DNA of 64,000 nucleotides, from the NCBI GenBank assembly GCA_963665665.1, contig OY762428.1, positions 2,816,001-2,880,000 of the forward strand, written 5' to 3'. The notes below the pieces were generated by a model. It searched no databases. It had not been told where the DNA came from and saw only the letters and a list, made by a program, of their open reading frames with translations. This DNA is from Candidatus Kapaibacterium sp. (lineage in GTDB: Bacteria > Bacteroidota > Ignavibacteria > Kapaibacteriales > UBA2268). Positions 30,284 through 39,250 of the stretch are shown piece after piece (the stretch's first letter is position 1; every line of letters starts with the position of its first letter). A program made the position numbers and the translations under genes.

Positions 30284-30425
30284 AAATGCACCTGATATTT
30301 AACACCATTAATGATGCAATGTATAACAAAAAAGATTAATATTTGTTACGGGAGTATAAGATTATTTTTCAAAAAAAAAAAGGACAGGATAGCCTGCCCT
30401 TCAATAAAGATATATCAAATATATT

Positions 30426-31100
30426 TTATATGTCCATGTTTTTCTGGATTTCTGTCTGCATTTTGTCATAATCAGCAAGGAATTTTTTCAGTCCGATATC
30501 GGTTAAGGGGTGCTTTAATGATTGCATAAGTACATTGTAAGGTACAGTTGCTATATCAGCGCCGGCTTTTGCAGATTCAACAATATGTATGGGGTGGCGG
30601 ATTGAAGCTGAAATGATCTGTGCATCATAATCCTGAACATCCCAGATTTCACCGATTTCATAAAGAATTTCAGCTGAACTGTGAGCAATATCATCTAAGC
30701 GGCCCATGAATACGGAAACATAAGTTGCACCGGCATTAGCAGCGGCAATTGCCTGGGTTGTATTAAATACGAGCGTTACATTTGTAGGAATATTCTGGTC
30801 TGCAAGAGCTTTTGCAGCAGCAAGTCCGTTCGGGATGCAGGGGATTTTAATTGTTGCATCGGGGAACCATGAGATTATCTCTTCGGCTTCTTTCAGCATA
30901 CCTTTTGTCTCAGTAGAAATTACTTCAACGGAAAGATGCCCTCCCACGAGTTTATGAATATCAAGGATTCTGTCTTTTACATCAACTGTCGGGTCTTCTT
31001 TAGCAAGCAGGCTTGGGTTAGTTGTTACACCGGATATAATACCGAGCGATGCTGCGTGGCGGATATGATCGATATTAGCGGTATCGACGTATAATTCCAT
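30426..31100 (-). CDS. tal: Transaldolase / fructose-6-phosphate aldolase (small subfamily)
   Basis: VDTAN, GVTTNPSL, IKIP, TNVTLVF, ASIRHP and HPLTDIGL motifs. Confidence 0.88.
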   Translation of the reverse strand: MELYVDTANIDHIRHAASLGIISGVTTNPSLLAKEDPTVDVKDRILDIHKLVGGHLSVEVISTETKGMLKEAEEIISWFPDATIKIPCIPNGLAAAKALADQNIPTNVTLVFNTTQAIAAANAGATYVSVFMGRLDDIAHSSAEILYEIGEIWDVQDYDAQIISASIRHPIHIVESAKAGADIATVPYNVLMQSLKHPLTDIGLKKFLADYDKMQTEIQKNMDI

Positions 31101-31175
31101 GTTTCTTTCTCCGTAAGGTTCTAAAATTTATGTACAATAAACTGTTTCAAAACTAATGATTTTTTAGATTTCTGC

Positions 31176-31835
31176 CTAATTGTCATTTTCTTTTGTTAAA
31201 TCTCTTGGGGGCATTGCCGAAACAATGCTGACAATAAGCTGAGTACTGTTCTTTAAATCCTCCGGGTTGCCATTATTATCTATTACAAAATCAGCATGAT
31301 CTCTTTTGAACTGCGGGCTCAGCTGGCTTTCCATACGTTTTTTCACTTCATCAGAGCTGCTGCCGTTTCTATCTGCTACACGTTTAATACAGTTTTCCTC
31401 ATCGGCGTAAACGGAAATTATGTAGTCGAAACCATCTGCCAGGCCAGCTTCATATATCAGGGCGCTTTCTTTGAAAATGATCTTTTCACCTTCATTTTCG
31501 TATTTTTCGACCATTTCGATCATATCATCAATTACAGCCGGATGAACAATTTTATTCAGTTTATCAAGGTTTGATTTTTTTTCGGGATCATCGCCAAAAA
31601 CCAGGCCTGCAAGGAATGTTCTGTTCAAACTACCGTCAGACAGGTAAGTTTCATTACCGAATGTATCAATAATTTTGGCTTTTACTGCTTCATTTTCGGA
31701 CATTATTTTCTTTGCCTGGTCATCGGCAATAAGTACTTTATAGCCCATTTCGGCAATAATTTTTGCAACCGAAGTTTTTCCGCTGCCAATTCCTCCGGTA
31801 ATTCCTATAACAAGCGCTCTGTTTTTATTTTCCAT
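31176..31835 (-). CDS. coaE: Dephospho-CoA kinase
   Basis: GITGGIGSGKT, LNKIVHP, RMESQ and ADFVIDN motifs. Confidence 0.93.
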   Translation of the reverse strand: MENKNRALVIGITGGIGSGKTSVAKIIAEMGYKVLIADDQAKKIMSENEAVKAKIIDTFGNETYLSDGSLNRTFLAGLVFGDDPEKKSNLDKLNKIVHPAVIDDMIEMVEKYENEGEKIIFKESALIYEAGLADGFDYIISVYADEENCIKRVADRNGSSSDEVKKRMESQLSPQFKRDHADFVIDNNGNPEDLKNSTQLIVSIVSAMPPRDLTKENDN

Positions 31836-31925
31836 AATTCATAATTATTAAAGAAATTATAATATTTTAAAGGCAAGATATACAAAAGAAATTGAAAAAA
31901 AAATTAAATAATTGAAAAATATTTC

Positions 31926-31956
31926 TTGCGTAATTCAGAAATTACCCTTAACTTTG
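31926..31956 (+). promoter_or_regulatory. Housekeeping promoter of tRNA-Glu
   Basis: TTGCGT-17 nt-TAACTTTG about 21 nt upstream of the tRNA. Confidence 0.6.
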
Positions 31957-31977
31957 TACTCTGTTACGATGACAGTT

Positions 31978-32049
31978 GGCCCTGTCGACTAACGGTTAGG
32001 TCACCAGCCTTTCACGCTGGCAGTAGGGGTTCGAATCCCCTCAGGGTCA
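31978..32049 (+). tRNA. tRNA-Glu (TTC)
   Basis: Acceptor GGCCCTG/CAGGGTC, anticodon arm ccagc-ctTTCac-gctgg, T arm agggg-ttcgaat-cccct; CCA not encoded. Confidence 0.95.
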
Positions 32050-32064
32050 CACAAAAAACGAGAT

Positions 32065-32097
32065 AAGCCTTTGTAAAATAAATACTTGCAAAGGCTT
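32065..32097 (+). terminator. Hairpin downstream of tRNA (terminator / island left-border structure)
   Basis: aagcctttgtaa...ttgcaaaggctt followed by a T-rich tract. Confidence 0.6.
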
Positions 32098-32200
32098 TAC
32101 TTTTTGTCTTAAACATTCCGTAAACTTTTCTGGTACATTTGTATTTCATGATTTATCAAAATAAGGATGTACCGTTTTACATTATCCAACCCAAAAAACC

Positions 32201-33499
32201 CTACAACTCCAGCTTCTCTCCATCCCGAAGACTAATTACATTCTGGGTGAAAATCCTGCTGTACTTATTTTTCTGCAAAGTATGAATTGGAATAATATGT
32301 TTGGGATTGAAAGCATTAACAAAGCGAAGCAGGGATTCCTGGCCTGCATGTCCGCTGGTGTGGATATAGTGTTCGGTAAAGTTCCTTTTCCGGATCCACT
32401 CCAGCAATTTTATTGTGTCGGGCCTGTTTTTATAGCCTTCCCATAGTGAATAGATGAAATTACCAAGCTTCAGATTTGGTATTTTCTCCATATCAATTAT
32501 CTGTGACGGACGTGTGAGGATTACATAGTCAGACGGCTGCAAGTTAATTTCATCTTTGCTGATCTTGTATCCGGCAAACTCATAGAGTATATCCTTTCTT
32601 GCAAGTCTGGCCAGTCGGTCGCAAACGTACTTCGTAAACCAAACCCCGATATTATACGACTTATTCGGGAAAGGAAATTTGTTGTACTCAGAAAGCGTCT
32701 TCAGAATTTTTGCTATATAAACATCAACGACCAAAGTTTTTCCTGCTTTCTGGCAGGCTTTGAAAATGGAAACAACTCGGTCGATATTTTGGCCTGATAC
32801 GTAAACAAGGCCGGGTTTGTTTTCTGAGAATACAGTTGTCAGATTGTTTTCTATCGAATTTTCAGTAACAATAGGTTTTGCTGAATCGACAATATTTGTT
32901 CCTTCCAGTATAAGATAGTCAATATTTTCAGGTGGATTTGCAAGCAGTTTATCCATCATTTTGCTTTTCCTACCATGCATTCGAAAATCACCTGAATATA
33001 CTATTCTTTTTCCATCGGCTTCCACAAGGAGCATATATGAGTCATAAGCGGAATGGTCAACCCAGAACGGCGTAATTTTAATTTCACCGATACAGAATGG
33101 TACATTTGAGCGGAAATGACTGATCCGGGATATATTAATACCGTTATTTGAAAAAATGTTTGATAGTTCTATCAAATCATTTGTCGGTTTTCCCATATAT
33201 ACATCAATATTGCTGTCTATAAAATTGAGAAGACCATAATGATCCTGATGCGGATGAGATAATAATACTGCGTCAACTTTCGAACCAGGGTTGTCATACA
33301 AACCCTGTATATCAGGAAGAATTCTCTCGTTTATAAGTTCCTTCCTTGATAAATATTTATATTGGTCAAAATTGAACTCGTTCCTGTCTTGATCAAGCAG
33401 GGGCAAACCGAAATCAATAATAATTCTGGTTTGCCCGGCTTTAATCTCTACACAGGAACCGCCAATCTCATTCGTACCTCTATGGATGGTCAGTTGCAT
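32201..33499 (-). CDS. MBL-fold beta-CASP hydrolase (RNase J-like)
   Basis: GTNEIGGSC, SHPHQDHYG, DHSAYD, YSGDFRMHGR, LEGT, HTSGHA and IPIH motifs. Confidence 0.88.
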   Translation of the reverse strand: MQLTIHRGTNEIGGSCVEIKAGQTRIIIDFGLPLLDQDRNEFNFDQYKYLSRKELINERILPDIQGLYDNPGSKVDAVLLSHPHQDHYGLLNFIDSNIDVYMGKPTNDLIELSNIFSNNGINISRISHFRSNVPFCIGEIKITPFWVDHSAYDSYMLLVEADGKRIVYSGDFRMHGRKSKMMDKLLANPPENIDYLILEGTNIVDSAKPIVTENSIENNLTTVFSENKPGLVYVSGQNIDRVVSIFKACQKAGKTLVVDVYIAKILKTLSEYNKFPFPNKSYNIGVWFTKYVCDRLARLARKDILYEFAGYKISKDEINLQPSDYVILTRPSQIIDMEKIPNLKLGNFIYSLWEGYKNRPDTIKLLEWIRKRNFTEHYIHTSGHAGQESLLRFVNAFNPKHIIPIHTLQKNKYSRIFTQNVISLRDGEKLEL

Positions 33500-34266
33500 C
33501 AGATACCATCTTTACAACATTTGATTCTTTGTATTTCATCTGGTTCGGTAAAAATATTCTTTAAAATTACTTCCTGATCAATATTTGATTTGTTCTCGGA
33601 TTTCTTAAGATATATCGTTTTACTTAAAGTAAAGCATTCGCTGATTTTATTGTTTACTTCTTTATATCCCAAACAGCAGACAAAGAAAATTATTTTCTTT
33701 GAATCTTTAAATAGCTTATCGGAAATTATATATTCATTTCCGCAGATTTTATTTAAGGATGCAATATACTTATCAAAAATACCTTTTTTAGTGCCACTTT
33801 TATTTCGAAATGTTCCACTATCACTTGATTTAAGCAGATGGAAGAAAAGCCCGTCTCCGGGTTCAATTATTAATTTTAGCAGATCTTTTTCAATAGCTTT
33901 TATTTCAGGATTATGCGCTTTAAATTCAATATTTAAAATTGGATTTTTCTCTTCATTTGCCTTGTAAAGACTCATATCAATTTCAGCTGATCTTCCTCCT
34001 TGGTCATGTCTGGGGTTAGTACCGAATTTATATTTTTTTATTGTAGGAGTTTCTACTGAAACCTTATATTTACCCAATCTCTCAACTTCGCTGAAAAAAG
34101 CGAAACGCGCTTCCTGTTCGCTGATTCTATGTTCGCTGATTCTAACTTCTCCGTCTGAATATTTTGGGAAAATAATACCGGAACTGTTTTTCCGGTTTAT
34201 CATTTCGTGTAAGCGATATGATGTTTTATTACTTAAATCAATTACTTCATTGACGAAATTACTCAT
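33499..34266 (-). CDS. Putative PD-(D/E)XK-fold nuclease
   Basis: SEQE...VETP...IDMSLY...IEFK pattern; 1-bp overlap with the MBL gene. Confidence 0.5.
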   Translation of the reverse strand: MSNFVNEVIDLSNKTSYRLHEMINRKNSSGIIFPKYSDGEVRISEHRISEQEARFAFFSEVERLGKYKVSVETPTIKKYKFGTNPRHDQGGRSAEIDMSLYKANEEKNPILNIEFKAHNPEIKAIEKDLLKLIIEPGDGLFFHLLKSSDSGTFRNKSGTKKGIFDKYIASLNKICGNEYIISDKLFKDSKKIIFFVCCLGYKEVNNKISECFTLSKTIYLKKSENKSNIDQEVILKNIFTEPDEIQRIKCCKDGI

Positions 34267-34344
34267 AATTCACAACTCCTTTTATTCCGAAAATCAAATT
34301 GAATGATCAATAATTATTTGTTAAACATAAGCATTTCCCCCTTC

Positions 34345-36474
34345 CTAAGCAATCTTCAGCCTGCCGTTTTTAATGTCGGGATGCAAAGAAACGGGCTGCT
34401 CTTCTTCGTCGGACAAAATGGATTCCAGGTAGCGGCTTTTCAGTATCTGCCGGTGGTTATTGTAGTTTTCCGTATTTCCTGATTTGCTTACAAGGCCAAA
34501 ATTCTCTTTGGCATAGTCGTTAACCATTTCCATTATCTGCCATTCCTTTATTTCCGGATTGTCCGCCAGGTAATCGGCAAGGTGCAGGAGCAGGGGCATA
34601 TTTGATTTTATAATATTTTCGCATTTTCTATAGCATTGGGCTGTCAGTTCAATTATTTCATCGTCGGTGTCTTTCTGATGGAACACAGTATCAATCATGT
34701 GGGGATTTTCAACTCCGATTGTTGCTTTCAGTCTCCCAAGGCCATATCTTTTTATTGCCATGGCCGCCAATCCGGTAGCTTTTTCCAAATCCTGCGAACT
34801 ACCCGCGGTATATTCCTCCTCTCCGAAAATCAGCCTTTCAGCTGTGAATCCGCCGTAACTTGTTATAATTCTGTCCCTGATTGACCTGAATGTAGGTATG
34901 TCTTCGCCGTCTTTGGTTTCCAGCGCTCCGTGATTATTGTTATTGCTCGATGTTGATTTTATGGAAACAGGTAACAATCCGGTCTGCATAATGTATGCAA
35001 CGGCATGGCCGGCCTCATGCACGGCTACAACAGCCTGGAGATTATCTTTTTTTGCAGTTCTTTTGTTTTCTATCGTCAGTGTAACAGGATGTTCCAAAAC
35101 AATTTTTGCTCTATCCTTACTCCGGGCATTGATTATGAATGTCTGGCGTTCTTTGCTGAATGCCCAGTCTATCTCGTTAATGTTATCATGTTCGATTTGC
35201 AGGTTGCAGAGAATTTCCGAAAAATTGGATTCTATCAGGTTTACGAAAGTTGTTTTCAGTGGCCTGACACCCATTGCCGGAAAAACTCCTTCCCTGAAAA
35301 GAATATCGTTTACTGAGCTGTCGAAATGAATGGAAATGCCCATGTTGTTTTCGATACTCCGGCAGAACAGGTCAAGCTCGTTTTGAATTATTGACTGGAA
35401 AGCGCTGTTATTCAAAGCCGGATAAATCACATGGTTATTGCCGAGGCGGGCTATCTGTTCGTTCCTGAATCTGCGTTGGAGGGCTTGGTTTATGTCGGAA
35501 ATACCTATCTTTGAGCACATTTCAGCGAACATGTCGGGATTGTAGTCCGGTTCAAGTTCGTTATTCATGCCATAAGCTTCGTCAAGGTTGCCGAGTATGA
35601 ATATCAGCGACTTTGATAAATTTAATTCCAGCATTTTCAGTGACTTATAAATTGTTTTTTCCACCAGCTTAACTATCTGCCTGCCGTTCAGAGTATAAAC
35701 ATATTCCTGGAATTTTATAATATCCTCGAACTTATCTGCATGATAAGGGTAGATTGTTTCTACAGCATCGTGGGAAAGGAAATCGTTTTGTTCAAGCCCT
35801 TTTTCATCAAAGTTAAATGCCTTGAAATGTTTCTCGATACTACTTATGTCAATATCCATAACGTCTGTTCTGTTAAGGATCTCAGTATTTCTTCCAAGCC
35901 TGATAAAGGTATCGATTCCGGCAATAATTTTGCCGTTTTCAACTTCTACTCCGCGTTTCAGGCATTTATTTAGAAATTCATGATATATTCTGATATCGCT
36001 TGTTGATGAAGAATAACGATCGCGATAAAATAATTTGCCTGTATCAAGTAACTCCCAGAGTTCGGACAGATTAATCGACTTTTCCCTGCTGCCCTCATCC
36101 TTTGTTCTTACTTGCTGGAATTCATCAAGGCAGAGAATGCAGGGATTATCCTGGAATAATTCCAGGTCCTCGTCCAGATAATATTCGAATGAGTTACCGG
36201 CCATATCAAAATGCAGGTATCTGTCAGTAACGCCAAGAAGTTTCACCAGCCTGTTCACAAGCGAAGTCTTTCCTACGCCTGTCATGCCCCACAGATTTAT
36301 TGTAAGCGGCCTGCTCAGGCGTTCGGGGAAGAAATACCAGGGGCGTATCATCCGGCAGATATTATCTATCATGTCGTCAATGCCGAAAAACTCTTCTTTC
36401 AGATTCCGGTTTATCCTTTCAAGGCGTTCTTTCTTTTCTATCAGGCTTTGTCGATAATTTTTTTCTATGTCCAT
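34345..36474 (-). CDS. Soluble AAA+ ATPase fused to an M41 (FtsH-type) zinc peptidase
   Basis: Walker A GMTGVGKT, Walker B LCLDEFQ, HEAGH, GGFTAE, GSSQDLEKAT; no TM segment. Confidence 0.8.
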   Translation of the reverse strand: MDIEKNYRQSLIEKKERLERINRNLKEEFFGIDDMIDNICRMIRPWYFFPERLSRPLTINLWGMTGVGKTSLVNRLVKLLGVTDRYLHFDMAGNSFEYYLDEDLELFQDNPCILCLDEFQQVRTKDEGSREKSINLSELWELLDTGKLFYRDRYSSSTSDIRIYHEFLNKCLKRGVEVENGKIIAGIDTFIRLGRNTEILNRTDVMDIDISSIEKHFKAFNFDEKGLEQNDFLSHDAVETIYPYHADKFEDIIKFQEYVYTLNGRQIVKLVEKTIYKSLKMLELNLSKSLIFILGNLDEAYGMNNELEPDYNPDMFAEMCSKIGISDINQALQRRFRNEQIARLGNNHVIYPALNNSAFQSIIQNELDLFCRSIENNMGISIHFDSSVNDILFREGVFPAMGVRPLKTTFVNLIESNFSEILCNLQIEHDNINEIDWAFSKERQTFIINARSKDRAKIVLEHPVTLTIENKRTAKKDNLQAVVAVHEAGHAVAYIMQTGLLPVSIKSTSSNNNNHGALETKDGEDIPTFRSIRDRIITSYGGFTAERLIFGEEEYTAGSSQDLEKATGLAAMAIKRYGLGRLKATIGVENPHMIDTVFHQKDTDDEIIELTAQCYRKCENIIKSNMPLLLHLADYLADNPEIKEWQIMEMVNDYAKENFGLVSKSGNTENYNNHRQILKSRYLESILSDEEEQPVSLHPDIKNGRLKIA

Positions 36475-36526
36475 GATTACTCCTGTTTATTTAAAACATT
36501 TCATTATTTTGCGAAATCTTTATGAA

Positions 36527-36561
36527 CAAATATAGTATTGAATCGGACAGCAGTTGACCGA
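36527..36561 (-). promoter_or_regulatory. WYL-type operator plus -10 box driving the AAA-protease operon
   Basis: Minus strand tcggtca-actgc-tgtccg-N9-TATATTTG. Confidence 0.7.
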
Positions 36562-36585
36562 AACAAAAGCAGAGGAAAAAAATAT
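36544..36585 (+). repeat. About 42-bp direct repeat, copy 1 (operator plus RBS)
   Basis: cggacagcagttgaccgaaacaaaagcagaggaaaaaaatat matches 38131-38173. Confidence 0.9.
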
Positions 36586-36782
36586 TTTATAATATTATTA
36601 TGGTTGAAGATGTTTTTGAAGTAGCAGTCAATTATCTGAAATTGAGACTTGAACAATATTTAAAAAAAGAAAATTTTACCCAAACTTTTTCATAATTTTC
36701 TGTTGAGCATCTACGAATTCATAACAGCTTTACCTGTTTTATTACTCCATTTTGTTTCACCAATAATTTAAATAAAAGTTAA

Positions 36783-37838
36783 TTATTGTTCTATTATCTC
36801 TCCCAAAAACAAATCCGATTCAAGAATCCGATCAATCCCTATATCAAATATATAATTGGAATTGGAACCTAATCTGTATTGGCATTCTGTCTGATACTCA
36901 TCCTTCAGATAACCAAAGCCAACATCTTCAAGCAATTTTATTCCTTTTCCATAATTCATCGTTTTTATGTTGTATTCAAGAGCTACCCCCAAAACAAAAC
37001 AATCCAACAAGTTAGTGTAGTTTTTATCGATAAGAAAATGAATTCCGTTCATTATATCTTCGGTATAATGCGCAATTTCTGAGCTATATCGAAGAGCAAA
37101 ATCGGCATTTGATATTTTACTCTCACACTTCTTCAATAAATCAATACACCATTGTCTGTCGGAAAAATAGAAATCAACTAAATTGATAAAATCAAAATAT
37201 TGCCTGGCATTTTTTAGTAAAACTACAGCTTTTTCGAAAAATGGCCGTGCCCATCTATTCTCTTTTATATGCTCAGAAATACTATAAAGCAGCTTTTTGT
37301 AGTCATCGTAATGATAGCACCTGAAAGCAGCAATTTTCTCATAAATCTTCTTACTCCAATCAATATCGTCCAAATAAACAGCCACAGATTCTGCTATCCC
37401 AATACTCTCACCATCCCTATTTATGATGCTTTGGTATATCTGACTTGCCCACTGCTTATCACCCAACATATCTATCACAGATTTTGCAAGCAGGATATTA
37501 CCTGTTTCATTTAATCCTTTTTCATAAGCACACTTAAAATAATCCCTGCACTTTTCTTTGTTTTTTCCTATAAAGAAGCTGATTTCCCCCAATACTCTGT
37601 ATCCATCTCCAGTTTTAATAATTTTCTCAAGCTCTGATATATATTTAACAGTCCATTGTTTTTCTTCGAAATAATCATATACAAAAACAAAACACTGATT
37701 ATATTCCAAAATTGTCTTGCAGGACTCGAAACCCAAATTCATTAAATCAATATCAACGCTGTCGGATAATTTATGTTTTCCTGATTCCAGAAATTTCTTT
37801 TTCAGAAGACAAATATGTTCAATTGGGTCAATAATCAT
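36783..37838 (-). CDS. Helical-repeat (TPR-like) hypothetical protein
   Basis: About 35-aa repeats LGDKQWASQIY, LDDIDWSKKIY, IKENRWARPFF, FSDRQWCIDLL. Confidence 0.65.
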   Translation of the reverse strand: MIIDPIEHICLLKKKFLESGKHKLSDSVDIDLMNLGFESCKTILEYNQCFVFVYDYFEEKQWTVKYISELEKIIKTGDGYRVLGEISFFIGKNKEKCRDYFKCAYEKGLNETGNILLAKSVIDMLGDKQWASQIYQSIINRDGESIGIAESVAVYLDDIDWSKKIYEKIAAFRCYHYDDYKKLLYSISEHIKENRWARPFFEKAVVLLKNARQYFDFINLVDFYFSDRQWCIDLLKKCESKISNADFALRYSSEIAHYTEDIMNGIHFLIDKNYTNLLDCFVLGVALEYNIKTMNYGKGIKLLEDVGFGYLKDEYQTECQYRLGSNSNYIFDIGIDRILESDLFLGEIIEQ

Positions 37839-38113
37839 ATCTGTTAAAATGTTGATTTTTAAATTTCTTTGCCATTTTATTTTCTATAAGTCTTAATTTG
37901 TTTCTAAAGTATTGCCCATAATCCTCATTCAAAAACACCTGCTTTACAAAGGCATGTATTTAATGAAGGAGTTCTTTACTGGTTAATGGATAAATTATAC
38001 AACGGGGAATTTATTTTAAGAATATTTAAAAATTCAGTTACATCTAACATAACAAAACTCCTGAATTTTAATTATGAAATCTTCTTTTGTTGAATATTCT
38101 TTTTTTATACAAT

Positions 38114-38147
38114 ACAATATACTATATTAGCGGTCAGCAGTTGACCG
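38114..38147 (-). promoter_or_regulatory. WYL-type operator plus -10 box between the repeat-protein gene and WYL1
   Basis: Perfect palindrome cggtca-gcagt-tgaccg (38131-38147); minus strand TGACCG-N9-TATATTG. Confidence 0.75.
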
Positions 38148-38171
38148 AAACAATAGCAGAGGAAAAAAAAT

Positions 38172-39152
38172 ATGGAAGATCCCAAATATAGTCAGATTCA
38201 TTGCGCTTTATATATCTATGATAAATTGCGGTCGGGCGGCGAGTATTCTACGGTGGATTTTCAGGATATGCTGAGAAATGAGAAGAATCTTATTGTTTCT
38301 GACAGAACGCTGCGCAGGTATATCAACGAAATCAAGCTTTACATTGGTTCCCTGAAAAGAATCGGAAATAAGTACTGGAAGATGGAAAGGCAGTTAAGAA
38401 AGCAGGGCGCTAAGATCAGGCTGAATTCGGAGCAGTTGCTGTCGTTCCATATTTTAAAATCTCACCTCAGGCAGTACAAAAATACCGTGATCGAGGAGGG
38501 AATAATTGAACTGGAAAAACTGCTCGACAGGTTTGCGCCCGGCAATGTTTTCGAATCTGAAGGAATTTTCAGAGATAAGAATATAGGGCAGTATGATTAT
38601 ACCCGTGATGATATTGTTTTGCGCCGCCTGCTGAAATTTATTCCCGAAAAAAGCTGGGTTTTGGTGGAATACAAAATGGCGGGCAGGGATAAAATTTCGA
38701 AATTCAGATGCTACCCGCGTATGATGTTTGAATTCAAAGGTGGCGTTTATGTGGTTGTTTATGTAAGCGGCAAGTCGGCGGGGCACAGGGCGCTTGCTCT
38801 GCATAATATCGAATCGGTTGAAAAAATTGAGAAGCGGAAAGCCGATATTCCTGATTTCAATTTCGGCGAATGGTCGAAGGAAAGATTCGGCGTTTTCTGG
38901 GGCGATACCCGGAAGATTAAACTGCTGATAAAAAAGAAATATAAGCGCTATTTCGAAAACAGAACATGGCACGCTACCCAGCGCCTTACCACCGATGCCG
39001 GGGGGAATATGATCCTGACGATGAATGCCCCGGTTGTTCCCGACCTTGTATCCTGGATTCTTTCCTGGCATGAAGCAATTACTGTGATTGAACCGCAGGA
39101 ACTGAAAGACAATGTGATTGATGCCCTGAAGAAAAGCCTGGAGAATTATTAG
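38172..39152 (+). CDS. WYL-domain transcriptional regulator 1 (wHTH-WYL-WCX)
   Basis: VSDRTLRRYI HTH; GGVYVVVY...LHNIESV WYL; WHATQ...LVSWILSW...VIEPQELK WCX. Confidence 0.88.
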   Translation: MEDPKYSQIHCALYIYDKLRSGGEYSTVDFQDMLRNEKNLIVSDRTLRRYINEIKLYIGSLKRIGNKYWKMERQLRKQGAKIRLNSEQLLSFHILKSHLRQYKNTVIEEGIIELEKLLDRFAPGNVFESEGIFRDKNIGQYDYTRDDIVLRRLLKFIPEKSWVLVEYKMAGRDKISKFRCYPRMMFEFKGGVYVVVYVSGKSAGHRALALHNIESVEKIEKRKADIPDFNFGEWSKERFGVFWGDTRKIKLLIKKKYKRYFENRTWHATQRLTTDAGGNMILTMNAPVVPDLVSWILSWHEAITVIEPQELKDNVIDALKKSLENY

Positions 39153-39165
39153 ATTGAAAAATATA

Positions 39166-39199
39166 GCGACACCCTGTGATGCAACTATTGTTATATTGG
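39166..39199 (+). promoter_or_regulatory. WYL-type operator plus -10 box upstream of PD-(D/E)XK gene
   Basis: gcgaca-ccctg-tgatgc-N9-TATATTGG. Confidence 0.6.
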
Positions 39200-39250
39200 T
39201 AAGATTGAAAATATATAAATTTTGTTTTTTGAAAACTATTAGAGGTTAGT

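Noticed and set aside
34345-36474. Housekeeping ftsH
   Set aside because: No TM helices, no GPPGTGKT or FVG pore motif, and island context.
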